Shown here: positions 10,201 to 19,835 of the stretch, piece by piece
Position numbering within the stretch: position 1 is the first letter of the stretch
Layout of the letters: every line of letters begins with the position of its first letter
From: a virus
Lineage: Duplodnaviria; Caudoviricetes
Direction: 5' to 3' (one strand)
DNA length: 55,256 nt
Virus record (IMG/VR): IMGVR_UViG_3300021197_000351
Span: 1 to 55,256 of that record
Notes under the pieces: model-generated
Databases searched by the model: none
What the model saw: only the letters and a program-made list of their open reading frames with translations
What the model was told of the DNA's origin: nothing
Translations under genes and position numbers: made by a program

Positions 10201-10724
10201 CCACGTAAGGCTGGGGCGACCGGCACTTTAACATTTCCTTCTGGATCTGTTGTAGAGAATGCTGCTTCAGGAAACCCTGCTTGCAGTGTCTCTAATTTCT
10301 TAGCTGTAATCTTAGAGCCACCTACTTCTTCAGACATTACGGCAGTTGTATTATCTGCCCGCACAAGAGCACTCTCCAAAGGCTGCGTATTTTGTACAGC
10401 GCTTGGTGCAAGCGTAGTTCTCTTTAGTTTTTCTGTATAGGCTGGTACTCTTTCCCGCTCACGTTGTTCGGCAGCTAGATCGGGTGCCGGAGCAGGTGCC
10501 TCGGGCATATCAATAGCGGGCATCTGGGCTTCCGTGGCAACCTCTGTAATAGGCTGAGTAGGAATAACAGGCGCAGCAACTTCCGGAGCTGTGGTGGGCT
10601 CCGGGGTTACTGCTTGTTCTGGTACCGGAGTAGCCAGAATCTCTGCAAAATCGCTGACTTTACCCTCAGTTGGGATGACGGGCTGAGCCCCAGGTATTAC
10701 ACTAGGTCCTGAAAATTTAGCCAT
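7236..10724 (-). CDS. Divergent single-subunit RNA polymerase, putative virion-encapsidated RNAP (N4 vRNAP-like)
   Basis: Ordered motifs SLTGRTH, EMDGKTHGP (motif A), RANFLKKSPMTMGYGQ (motif B), IIPVSVQSYDG, LPIFDAF (motif C). Last gene of the internal virion protein cluster. Confidence 0.8.
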   Translation of the reverse strand: MAKFSGPSVIPGAQPVIPTEGKVSDFAEILATPVPEQAVTPEPTTAPEVAAPVIPTQPITEVATEAQMPAIDMPEAPAPAPDLAAEQRERERVPAYTEKLKRTTLAPSAVQNTQPLESALVRADNTTAVMSEEVGGSKITAKKLETLQAGFPEAAFSTTDPEGNVKVPVAPALRGSTVNVGVQSLLYDPRMLDAGKYDEETGRMSVDPDFGRVMSLTTEAWMHQQMDAATEMAGKIDEETGIPGDYVPGQQGGQRFTKASGNQGLGREIFMAYKRQRAVNEGRPTDDYLQNIDEISPETFTFLGDLAKETYARANPDMVYRDTREVDSGGQVYYQMTPEGALELDRLNEDFKGLMAQPEVKPLKGVSETAQPVFEGRMRVRPVTTKVGDLKDWSLVQESMANYHSVPYVNDAGRERLAFMFGMLGLINTNNPDNQTYAGMYGVGLDKLNELEGEKQRMMDTAMRIPFPDARAAAIKEAEAYNPQKILQANREKFLNVAGAAAEYSNEVNHLTFSMQSLTGRTHVQQTLYNPAAHKFLRFIVGGGNVYKWKPNTGGEVEAAWKEIVSGLLLSAEKDGKVFKGTELSTQERLATFDRTIGNDQWNQFVAWGNQLKQARDSFDINGAKQAIEAIRKAQSPDAVRGIKQDIVKRFSNDPLDANLKAELAKHGDEGPMFANLFIEVANYDAARKDGAQFSTTITAEMDGKTHGPATNAAILGVSSMAKRTGLIVTQDFSNTDWLDSRKAMGENMQATVGTYAGTLYPANQISYFTNILNLAIKDRANFLKKSPMTMGYGQEIPSLKQHVETTVYSGPEAAAIKKEAVAGEINLEDTVNFLHTMLVDSIFEIMDPKVVAMGRLLKANAVMSMASNEVLYFDNAMGFRSYAAGKQMVPELTTSSSFEFKDQEGGRKKVAVQFYKEQAEGSAERAELGPGGWTLGRIIPVSVQSYDGNMIARTGSGQSWERISQAAKGKPFVLPIFDAFVTDLGSFAAVRREANKNWFEGIRDHSYVEEVAGTWFDDTMKKIAAPLPDPNEKVNLDEDGPYRGLAYLLSRTKQGDLVLSKFLAKTLQHKAKTPGTSIDQYTAQLQVAGEQAAIQFENDLADMGIDVDNTVFTKRQIQRILMTLKNTMNLSQRNKQAVAVTARDKREVLSQVDKSLTQMDL

Positions 10725-10735
10725 GTGTTATCCTC

Positions 10736-13700
10736 CTATTCGAATACGCTAGCGATTGTTCGGTTAAGTTGATTGAATGGTCCCACAAATGGGGCTGTCT
10801 TAAGTATATCATATACACCTTTCTCCGGTCTACCTTCAATGATTTTACCTGCACCGCCGTAGACACGAGCCACGTTTGAAAGTGCAGCAGCCTCACCAGA
10901 GACCGTATTAAAGAACCATTCAGCTGCATTATCAGATGATGATTCATAGATAGGATAGATAAAGTTAAGAACGCGCTCACCAGTACCTAGCAATCCAGAC
11001 GAACCAACAGCACGCTGAAGCTTTTCCATATCGTCAAGATACGGAGATGGCTCACCATACTTAAGTAAGTCTTTCAAATACTGAGATACAAATCCAAGCA
11101 AAAGCATCGTTGCCATAACAGCAAACACATTATACTTCATAGCTGGCGTACCACGTGCAACGTACTCACCCCACATCTTAGGTATTTGATTCGCAGTAAA
11201 TGTAGAGATGAAACCCTGGAACTGCGTGAACAAAGCAAGATGTTGGTTCTGATAGAACAATGGACGGTTAGCAACACCTGGAAGTGCAATAGCCATATTA
11301 ACAAAGTTAAACTCTGCTTCAAGCATCATGGCATCAAAGGTTGCAGTTTGTTCTGGTGACCAAGGACCTGGCTGGTATACCATAGCAAGCATATCATCTA
11401 CGTTAATACCAAGATTACGAAGATGCTCTTCAGATTCCTGCACTGCGTTAGTCTTCGGCTCACCACTAACTCTTTGATCTTGAATCGTACTAAGATGATT
11501 CATAATAAAGTCATTAGCAATCGATGCTCGAATACTACGTGTGTAATCAGTCCACTGCTGTAGCCCGATAATCTTAAAGTATTTATCTAGCAGGTGTCGT
11601 GATGCATGCGTATTTTCTGTAGCACCAGTAGTCTGAGCTGCACCAACATCCCAATCAAAGAAGCCAAGGCGTTTAATGTTTTCTTGCCTAGACTCTTTAC
11701 CTACCTGTCGGTTTGTAGAGTTATAGCGAGGATCTGTTATAGTTCCCCATAGTGCTTGCGCCATTTCTTTTGAAGCATTACCAATAGTCTTAAAGACCAT
11801 ATCTTTCGGCAACCCTACAGTTGTAATAGCTAACTCAACAAACGATGAAATAGTAGCGAGAGGTAGACCAGCAATTGTAGTCCAGATACCAAGGTTCTTT
11901 TGTATATTTGAAAGCGTACGGTTTTGCATCCGCTTATAGTTACCAGACTCTGCATCTAGGTAGTCTTGCATTTGTGCTGCAACTTTATTCACTTCTGCTG
12001 CAGGTATACCTTCTTCCAATGCCTGGTTTAACAACTCATTTACTTTTGAATTGTTATCACCAAGGAACTCTTGATAAGTAATATAACGAGACGCTGACTT
12101 AGCAGCATTAGATATATTAGTAAACGCATCTGACTCCATGAATTGTTTAAACTCAGGGTTCTCAGATAGGTTGAGAGTACGGCTGCGGTGTGCAGCGGGT
12201 ATAAACTTACCTTGACCTACATTAAATGTGTCTTGCTCCCCAACCAATGTTTCTTGATTAAGAATATTATCAGTAAGTGTTTCAGCATCAGTACGACTAT
12301 AGTTATAATTGTCTATTAGCTTTTGTATAAAACCGTTGCGGTCTTTTTCAATAGCTACTTTATTAAAAGACTTATACTTAAACAAGTAGTTCTTTATATA
12401 ACCAAGCGGCGCGGGCTTACCGTTCTTTTGAGCAGCCGCAACCTGATCAGCATATAGCTTATCACTAAGCCTCATAGTTTGCTGATAGTATTGAGCGAGC
12501 CAGCCACGATGCTGTTGAATATCCTGAGGAAGATTGTCCCAATCTAATTGTGCTTCAGATTGATTACCAAGCCAAGCAGAAAACTTATTAACAATACTAG
12601 ATATTTCTGGTTGGTTAATAGTTTTAAATCCAGCTGCCTGAGCAAACTCAGCAGGTGTACTAATCATATTTCGGTATTCAGTTAGCAAATGCTTCTTACG
12701 GTTTTCAAAGTTTGAACCTGAAAACGTGCGCTGTAGATTACCACCAAAAGTATCAGCCAATATTCGCATAGCCCTTGAGCGATCTTGCAAACTTTCGTTA
12801 AAGATAAAGCGTGTAGCACCTCGCCATAGGCTAGGCACAGCTTGCCAGGTATCTTTTACTCTGTCGAATACTGATCGATCTAGGTCACGACGATTAGCAG
12901 CGTCAACCTTTTCTTGGAAGCTAGCCCCTTGATTACCCCGCGCTGTTACAGCATTACCGGCATCATCATTCAGCTCTTGAATAGATTTAACTCTACCAAA
13001 CTTTTGAACCTCTTCATCAGCCCGCTGACCACGCTTAGATAAACGCTTAGCTTCTGCAGGTGCTTGACGTACGGCAACATCTGCCCAGGCACCTGCATCA
13101 TATGCAATACCAGGAATAGAGAAGCCCGCACCTAAAGTACCACCAGCAATAGTCGCATTTAACAGTCGGCTTTCAAGTTCAACTGCATCAAACTCTTTAT
13201 CACTACCAAGTGTAGCTGCCATATAACCAGTCAGTTCTTGCCCGGCTTCTGTTACAGCTTCGCCTGCCATACCTTTACTGGATGATGCAAGGAAGCTACG
13301 CAGTACATTACGCGATTTAAGTTGGTTCTTGGCAATTTCAGATGCTGCACCAGCAAGGCTAGCAACCTCAAGTCGTGTAGCATTGGCCAGCATATTCTTA
13401 GCAACAGTATCAGTGACACCATCACGTGCTACGATTGCAGCAACGGCGGCATCTCTAGTTTCTTTCTTAAGAATACTTGCACCCTTCATGATACCAAACA
13501 AACCGAGTCTATCAAGAGCAGCCTGCGTAACACCAGCAGCAATAGCTATACCAGCATTACGGTCTTCGCCTTCCATCTCATTCCAGGTTTGGCCTGTATA
13601 CATAGCAGCGGGCGAAAGCATTGACACACCGCCAGTAACCGGAGCAAGTACCGTACCAGCAATTGTGTTTGCCATATACGGTAATGACACTGCAGCGTTG

Positions 13701-14653
13701 TTACCAAGGTACTGAAAGAAATCACCAACACCGTCAATGTCCCATTCATTACCAGTAACGTTACCATCTTTGTCGACAATAGGTTTTAGTGCACTTAGCT
13801 TTAGCTCAGGCTTTGATGCCAGGAAAGCACGCTGACGTGCCACTCCGGCTTCACCTAATTCTTCTGCCCAATTCCAGCCGGTGGTTTCACCGACCATTTC
13901 AGCAACACCGTACATACTTTCAATAACACCAGTCAAACCTACATCAAAGCTTTCGCTTAGTGGGTTGACTGCTTTATTTTCTAGTGTACGATCTAGGCTA
14001 CGTACTTGCACACCTGCATTAATAAACTTGTTAGCCTCATCCCGACGGCGAGCATACATTGCTGCAGTTTCACCCGGCTGTTGAGGCGCATTAAGTCTTG
14101 CTAGTGCGCGTTCATTTAGTGCAGTCTGTTTAAACTCTTGCTCATACCGCATTTCATCGGTAGTCGCTTGCTCAATAGCTTGACCTGCTTTTTCCCAGTC
14201 ATTAAGAGGTTGATCAAGTTTACTAGCACGCTCAGCCATTCCCAGCTTAGCTGTAATAACTTCGTTGTTTGTACTGTATGCACCAACCTCATTAATACCA
14301 TGTTTAGTTAGTTGTTCTGTAAAATCACGACCAACCTTGTCTTTAATCCGTACCATTTGACGAGTCCCAGTGGCATCCATCATCGGACTACCATCTGGGT
14401 TCGTAAGATATTGTACGTTATTAAAGCCAAACTTATTAGCCAAGGCCATAATTTCTTGAGTAGCCGCCATACCACCAGCGGTTCCAGGATCAAGTCCTGT
14501 TGCCGTTACGTGGGCAAGCTCAGCTGCTTCTAGACCTTGGACACGGAGTAGGTTACCCTCACTATTCCTTAGTGTATCCGCATCAGCAAAGGTGTGTCCT
14601 CCACTACCTGCTAAGTCGGTACTTACTTGGAACAGTGCATCAAAGTCACCCAT
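10736..14653 (-). CDS. Large internal virion / ejection protein
   Basis: 1305 aa, helical, Gly/Ala-rich hydrophobic stretches; position typical of podovirus core proteins. Confidence 0.7.
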   Translation of the reverse strand: MGDFDALFQVSTDLAGSGGHTFADADTLRNSEGNLLRVQGLEAAELAHVTATGLDPGTAGGMAATQEIMALANKFGFNNVQYLTNPDGSPMMDATGTRQMVRIKDKVGRDFTEQLTKHGINEVGAYSTNNEVITAKLGMAERASKLDQPLNDWEKAGQAIEQATTDEMRYEQEFKQTALNERALARLNAPQQPGETAAMYARRRDEANKFINAGVQVRSLDRTLENKAVNPLSESFDVGLTGVIESMYGVAEMVGETTGWNWAEELGEAGVARQRAFLASKPELKLSALKPIVDKDGNVTGNEWDIDGVGDFFQYLGNNAAVSLPYMANTIAGTVLAPVTGGVSMLSPAAMYTGQTWNEMEGEDRNAGIAIAAGVTQAALDRLGLFGIMKGASILKKETRDAAVAAIVARDGVTDTVAKNMLANATRLEVASLAGAASEIAKNQLKSRNVLRSFLASSSKGMAGEAVTEAGQELTGYMAATLGSDKEFDAVELESRLLNATIAGGTLGAGFSIPGIAYDAGAWADVAVRQAPAEAKRLSKRGQRADEEVQKFGRVKSIQELNDDAGNAVTARGNQGASFQEKVDAANRRDLDRSVFDRVKDTWQAVPSLWRGATRFIFNESLQDRSRAMRILADTFGGNLQRTFSGSNFENRKKHLLTEYRNMISTPAEFAQAAGFKTINQPEISSIVNKFSAWLGNQSEAQLDWDNLPQDIQQHRGWLAQYYQQTMRLSDKLYADQVAAAQKNGKPAPLGYIKNYLFKYKSFNKVAIEKDRNGFIQKLIDNYNYSRTDAETLTDNILNQETLVGEQDTFNVGQGKFIPAAHRSRTLNLSENPEFKQFMESDAFTNISNAAKSASRYITYQEFLGDNNSKVNELLNQALEEGIPAAEVNKVAAQMQDYLDAESGNYKRMQNRTLSNIQKNLGIWTTIAGLPLATISSFVELAITTVGLPKDMVFKTIGNASKEMAQALWGTITDPRYNSTNRQVGKESRQENIKRLGFFDWDVGAAQTTGATENTHASRHLLDKYFKIIGLQQWTDYTRSIRASIANDFIMNHLSTIQDQRVSGEPKTNAVQESEEHLRNLGINVDDMLAMVYQPGPWSPEQTATFDAMMLEAEFNFVNMAIALPGVANRPLFYQNQHLALFTQFQGFISTFTANQIPKMWGEYVARGTPAMKYNVFAVMATMLLLGFVSQYLKDLLKYGEPSPYLDDMEKLQRAVGSSGLLGTGERVLNFIYPIYESSSDNAAEWFFNTVSGEAAALSNVARVYGGAGKIIEGRPEKGVYDILKTAPFVGPFNQLNRTIASVFE

Positions 14654-14662
14654 AGCAATCTC

Positions 14663-17600
14663 CTATTCAGTTGGTAAGTTTAGTTGCTCTTTAGCATACG
14701 CATAAAAGGCAGTCTCGCCAGGTAGCGCACGCTTCTGATACTGCTGTACAATGTCAGGGGTTTCAGATACCTTCTTATTCCATATCTCAGCAGCCGAAGT
14801 CCAGAACATATTAACAGCATCACGGTTTGCACCATCGCTAATCTTACCTGTTCCACCAGCCCGCTTCAAGAATTGCAGGCTAAGCTCCTCAACTTTTACA
14901 GCATCCATTGGTACTTCTGCACCATCTTTTGTTGTAGTAGTAAAGAGATTACCAACACCGGTATCTTGACGTAGCTTTAGCTGATTTAGATATGGTAACA
15001 ATGATTCAGGCTTAACATTATTTTCACCACCAGATTGCTCTACTGCCATACGATATGCTTGTTCAACATATGTATTCATTGATGCAACATCAAGGTTGTT
15101 TTTAGCAGCCCATTCTGCAGCTTCCATTGCAGCATTTGTTGGCGTAATGTTAGTCTTTTGCGTACGAGCTCGACCTGCTTTTGAATCACCAGGAACTACA
15201 TCACCAATTGAAGTTGATAGTTCTTTGATTGAGTCTTTTAGCAGTGGCACTTCAGCACGAATACGATCATTGAATTCATCCGTACCCTTATGCCTTGAAG
15301 CTTGCTGAGTCCATGAAGCAGGGATAGCTGTCTTACCACCATCGGCAGACCAGATATGTCCATCACCAACCTTAAACTTCTCGGCTTGAATGCGTTTACC
15401 ACTTGGGCTATACCACATTTCTTTTGTACCGGTCGGATTAATAGCTGGCCCAAGCTTCATAAGTACACTAGCATCCTTAGTCTTCTTATATTTTTGAATA
15501 GACTTAGGTGTATACTTACCGTCATTGATTAGCTTTTTAACCTGCGCACTGTGCTCAGCAGCCTTAGCATCTACTCGTGTAAGGTATTGCTTTGCTGCCC
15601 AGTTAAGTGAACCGCCGTGTGAGCCACCCATAAGCCGTGAACCTGCATATAGAATAGCCATACGCTTTAGCTCACCCTTATCAAACAAATCACCGAAGAT
15701 GCCTTGCAAGAATGATTCAGCTTGCTCAGCCTTTTCTTGACCTTCAGCACCAGCCTTAGCAACCGCCTTCGAGGCATCAGCCGTGGTTGTACCATCAGCA
15801 GATCCATCATTGATGCTTTCAATCTTTTTAGTGATTGCTGTGAGTACTTCACTTTTCTGAGTAGCGTTTTCAGATGTCGTAGTTCCGTCGCCTTGCTCTC
15901 CAATATCGGTATCAGTGTCAATATTCTGACGCTGCTTCCAAGTATCAAAGTCTGGGAAGTTAGTAACCCCAGATGCTTCAGCAATACGCTTAGCCTCTTC
16001 ATAGTCAGCAGTCAAAGTTTCACGTGCAGCCGTTGCTTCTTCTAATCGTTTTGCTTCAGCGGCAGCTGCTTCGTCGGACTCTACCTTAGTAACCTGAGTA
16101 GTTTGACCCTTGTTTTGTGCAATAGCAGAGGCAGTATCAGAAGATACTTGCCCAGTTTCTGCTACTTCTTTTGTAGCTTTTTCTTGCAGGACTACGGCAT
16201 CCGCAGCTAATTGATCAACCGTCTTTTCATATGGCTTTACAATTTTACTTGGGTCAGCATCTGCTGTTTCAAGTAGTCCAGCCTGTTGCTGCGTAAAAGT
16301 ATCTTGCACGCCAGCTGGTGCCGGATGACCATAAGAGTTTAATAGTCTACCGTATTGATCAACAGTATAAACAATATTAGAACTAGGGTCGAGATAGGTT
16401 GTGCCTTCTGCAGGAAGCTGAGACTTTTGTCCCGGCTTAGGAGGTGCTACTGTATCAGGAACACGCTTACCTTTACCAGTATCTAAAAGCTCACCTGATC
16501 CGCGAGAACCGCTTGGTAAATCGCTAGTTGGCATTGGTACAGCCGACGCAGTGCCTTCACCTGTAATAGGAGACTCTTGATTATTAAGATTAGCGGCAAC
16601 CAAACCTGTTGCAGGATCTCTTGCCAAAGAGCCATCTGCTTTAATCCGATACCACTTCCCACCTTCTTTTTGATAGTTATCTGTTTTACCAAACTTATTA
16701 ATACTGCGTACCTCGGGGGTAGCAATAGGGGCTGGTACATCAGACACTTTAGGTATTGGAGGTGTAGCGGCTGTAAGCATAGCGGCTTCATTTGCTGCAG
16801 CATCCTCAGCTATGGCTGAATCTCTACGCATCTTTTGCATCATCTGAATTTCTTCAGCATGGCGAGCAGCGTCATAGTTAGTTCCGCCTTCTTCAAGAAC
16901 CTCATCACCAACATACATACCAGTATTTGCTGTTGCTTGTTGCGCAAGTTTCTTTAGTGCTTCATACTGTGCAGCATAGTTATCATCTTCAACTATACCA
17001 CCCGGCGCTTTATATTGTGTCTGCGCAGCAGCTAGCATATCTGCAATGGTGCTGGTAACAGGCATCTCTTGCCCGGTCATTGCAGTCATTACAGGCGTAC
17101 GACTAACCTCAGGTGTAGGTGGCTTAGGTACTGACACTGCTTCAGGTACCGATAGGTTATCAGTTGTAGCGGCTTGTGCTTCAGTAGTTCCAAACATACC
17201 CATAATACTTGCAAGCATTGTGGGTTCTTCAGTTGCCTGATAGTTCATAGCATAATCAACACGTCTATCAAGATGTGCTTTATCAGGATTAGCTTTTTCA
17301 TATCCTTCTAAAAAGATTTTAGCAGCATCAGCTGGTGACTCAGCTGCATTCATTGCAGTACGTACATCACCAAACGCTTCAGAGTTATTCATTTCAGCAA
17401 GCATAAAGTCTAACTGCACTTCAGGATTTCGCCAACTCTTTTCTTGCTCAGCCGCAAAATCTACAAGATTAAGTGGATCAGTATCAAATCTTCCACCCTT
17501 TTCCCATTGAGCAAGCCCCCTTCCCTTACCGGTTTTACCACCGTCAAGAATTTGTTTTGCGTCTGGATCAAGTTTTGATTCAGCATAAAAGTTACCCATA

Positions 17601-17992
17601 ATTCCACGGGCAGCTGCATCAGTAAACCCGCGAGACTTAAGCATTTTATAAAGCTGATCTGCTTCTAGTGCAGGAATGTTTGGCATTTTTGGTTTCGGTT
17701 TTGGTAAGCTAACTGGCCCTCCATCATTAGCATACTCAGGAATAGTTCCACCCTGAGCTGCTTGCATAGCACGACCTTTGTCATTCATTGCTTCAATCTG
17801 CGGTTCAAACATACGCACAGCTTCTGCATTCATTACAAACTCACCTGGCGTAAGCCAAGCAGGTACAGTATCAGTACCCTTTGGATCGCCGGGATGGTCT
17901 GGTATTGAAGACATCTCTGGTACAGAGGTATCGAATTCAATAGAGAACATATTACCATAGCGGTCTTTTTGTTCAAACTTTTTGAGTTTCAT
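14663..17992 (-). CDS. Internal virion protein with phage tail lysozyme (peptidoglycan hydrolase) domain
   Basis: GFTDAAARGIMGNFYAESKLDP...GRGLAQW...QLDFMLAEM...FLEGYEKA resembles the phage tail lysozyme fold; N-terminal GTDTVPAWLTPGEFVMN motif. Confidence 0.75.
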   Translation of the reverse strand: MKLKKFEQKDRYGNMFSIEFDTSVPEMSSIPDHPGDPKGTDTVPAWLTPGEFVMNAEAVRMFEPQIEAMNDKGRAMQAAQGGTIPEYANDGGPVSLPKPKPKMPNIPALEADQLYKMLKSRGFTDAAARGIMGNFYAESKLDPDAKQILDGGKTGKGRGLAQWEKGGRFDTDPLNLVDFAAEQEKSWRNPEVQLDFMLAEMNNSEAFGDVRTAMNAAESPADAAKIFLEGYEKANPDKAHLDRRVDYAMNYQATEEPTMLASIMGMFGTTEAQAATTDNLSVPEAVSVPKPPTPEVSRTPVMTAMTGQEMPVTSTIADMLAAAQTQYKAPGGIVEDDNYAAQYEALKKLAQQATANTGMYVGDEVLEEGGTNYDAARHAEEIQMMQKMRRDSAIAEDAAANEAAMLTAATPPIPKVSDVPAPIATPEVRSINKFGKTDNYQKEGGKWYRIKADGSLARDPATGLVAANLNNQESPITGEGTASAVPMPTSDLPSGSRGSGELLDTGKGKRVPDTVAPPKPGQKSQLPAEGTTYLDPSSNIVYTVDQYGRLLNSYGHPAPAGVQDTFTQQQAGLLETADADPSKIVKPYEKTVDQLAADAVVLQEKATKEVAETGQVSSDTASAIAQNKGQTTQVTKVESDEAAAAEAKRLEEATAARETLTADYEEAKRIAEASGVTNFPDFDTWKQRQNIDTDTDIGEQGDGTTTSENATQKSEVLTAITKKIESINDGSADGTTTADASKAVAKAGAEGQEKAEQAESFLQGIFGDLFDKGELKRMAILYAGSRLMGGSHGGSLNWAAKQYLTRVDAKAAEHSAQVKKLINDGKYTPKSIQKYKKTKDASVLMKLGPAINPTGTKEMWYSPSGKRIQAEKFKVGDGHIWSADGGKTAIPASWTQQASRHKGTDEFNDRIRAEVPLLKDSIKELSTSIGDVVPGDSKAGRARTQKTNITPTNAAMEAAEWAAKNNLDVASMNTYVEQAYRMAVEQSGGENNVKPESLLPYLNQLKLRQDTGVGNLFTTTTKDGAEVPMDAVKVEELSLQFLKRAGGTGKISDGANRDAVNMFWTSAAEIWNKKVSETPDIVQQYQKRALPGETAFYAYAKEQLNLPTE

Positions 17993-19410
17993 TACTTGCC
18001 TCCAGAATCATTATCATTACCACTAGGTGTAGGTTCATCATACTCATCTTCCATACCGTAAACTCCTGATCCTTGGGATGTACCCGCACCTGCAGTTCCA
18101 GAAGAATCTGTTTGATATGAACCGCCTTGCCCATCGCTTACATTAAAGCCTGACATACCACCCTGACCATCGTTGTCTCCGGCCCTTAAGGAAAGCTCTT
18201 GATTTGCTTTAAGCTGTGTAGCCGCGTTATTGCTAAGTAAGCTAATACTTTGACCAGGGTTTGTACTGTCGCTAATTGAAACGACCGTACCGGTTGGTGT
18301 AGAGATAGTACCTGATTCATTACGCACACCGAATTGCCCGTTATCTAATGCTACAATATCACCAGTTTGTGTACCAAACTTACCACTAATGTTACTAGGT
18401 GCAGCGCGATCTCCCGTAAATCCAAGCTGTGCAGCAGTAATTGGTGTACCCTCTACTCGATCAATGTCATCATCTGATAAGCCAGTATAATCACCGGCAG
18501 CAATTTGAGTATTCATATTAATAAGATCGGCAACTGTTCCCATTGGTGCGCCTTCACCGCGCATACGAGCTGCTCGTGCACCTGCAATATTTAGTTCAGG
18601 GTTTAAGTCCATTTGTTTATATACTGAGTTATCATAGCTGCCTAATGCAGAACTAATAACACCTTCGCCTGCATCTCTTAGCTTACTATAACCACCTGTA
18701 ATAGTATTCATTGCGGCTGATGGGCTTGCATAAGATGCAACAGCACGACCAGTAATTGGGTCATATGCCCGACCTTCCGGCCCAAACACGTTACCTTGCG
18801 CATCATAAGTTCCATAACTACCATAAGTATAATCATCATTCATACCCATAGCGTTTGACAAAAAGCTACCACCTGGGATTGCAGCAAGTGCTAATCCTAA
18901 TGGGTTTTGTGTACCCCGTGCGTAGCCTAACCCTTGAGCTTGCGGAATTCTAGAGCTCGCATAATCAAAGCCGTCATTGTTATCACCAGCTTGTTGCATT
19001 GCTCCAACAACCGGGTCTGCGCCCGCTGGTGGGGGAGTAGTTGTTGGTGGAACACCAGGTGTAGTTGGTGGAGAACCTATTGGTGGATATGCACCAGGTG
19101 GTAAATCCCGAAACCCAACACCCTGTTGTTGTTGACCATTAACTATTGCACCTTGAGATGCAAAGGGGTCTTGATTAAATGCAAGAGGTTGTGTAGTTTG
19201 TGTACCGGTTGTAGATCCCATAACACCGGCGGTTTGTTGTGTACCCGCTTGGCCTGGTACCCCAGCACCAACTGTTCCTACAGCAGGTGCGGCTGTCCCT
19301 AATGTTTGAGGACTAGCTGACGCAGTTGCAGGTGCAAACTGAGAAGGGCCGTAACGTGTGCCATACTTAGGTTGTAGGCTGTACGTTGATTGATATGGAA
19401 CTGTAGCCAT
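17992..19410 (-). CDS. Gly/Pro/Gln-rich virion protein
   Basis: 472-aa low-complexity ORF in the ejection protein cluster. Confidence 0.65.
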   Translation of the reverse strand: MATVPYQSTYSLQPKYGTRYGPSQFAPATASASPQTLGTAAPAVGTVGAGVPGQAGTQQTAGVMGSTTGTQTTQPLAFNQDPFASQGAIVNGQQQQGVGFRDLPPGAYPPIGSPPTTPGVPPTTTPPPAGADPVVGAMQQAGDNNDGFDYASSRIPQAQGLGYARGTQNPLGLALAAIPGGSFLSNAMGMNDDYTYGSYGTYDAQGNVFGPEGRAYDPITGRAVASYASPSAAMNTITGGYSKLRDAGEGVISSALGSYDNSVYKQMDLNPELNIAGARAARMRGEGAPMGTVADLINMNTQIAAGDYTGLSDDDIDRVEGTPITAAQLGFTGDRAAPSNISGKFGTQTGDIVALDNGQFGVRNESGTISTPTGTVVSISDSTNPGQSISLLSNNAATQLKANQELSLRAGDNDGQGGMSGFNVSDGQGGSYQTDSSGTAGAGTSQGSGVYGMEDEYDEPTPSGNDNDSGGK

Positions 19411-19412
19411 AA

Positions 19413-19835
19413 CTATACCCCCTTATTAGATAGCGGTCCACCATAATTAATTTCAATTTCTTCAGCAATCTTACCACCAGACTGTTTGTATTTAACAGCT
19501 GAGATATTTGCCATTGATAGTGGTCCATTAACATAGCCACCTTTATTAAACAACCCACCAAGCAAACTTTCTAGCATTGGCATAGCAGCTTCATAAGCAA
19601 CTTCAGTAGCTATACCACCAGTAGGATCACCCATAGCAGCGCCTGCGGCACCAACGGTTTTCTTGCCGGCCTTTTTAAGCAGTTCCTCTTCACCTTTTTG
19701 CATAGCTTTTTTCATTGCACTTTGTTTTGCAAGTTCCATAAAGGAGGGCTGCTGCATCATTTGTGGTGCAGGCGCTCTATATAGTGGGCCCTGCATTGGT
19801 TGTTCGGTCCCCATTGGCTTAGCTAACTGAATCAT
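19413..19835 (-). CDS. Putative internal virion protein
   Basis: 140-aa ORF coupled to neighbours; contains FNKGGYV and YKQSGGKI motifs. Confidence 0.6.
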   Translation of the reverse strand: MIQLAKPMGTEQPMQGPLYRAPAPQMMQQPSFMELAKQSAMKKAMQKGEEELLKKAGKKTVGAAGAAMGDPTGGIATEVAYEAAMPMLESLLGGLFNKGGYVNGPLSMANISAVKYKQSGGKIAEEIEINYGGPLSNKGV

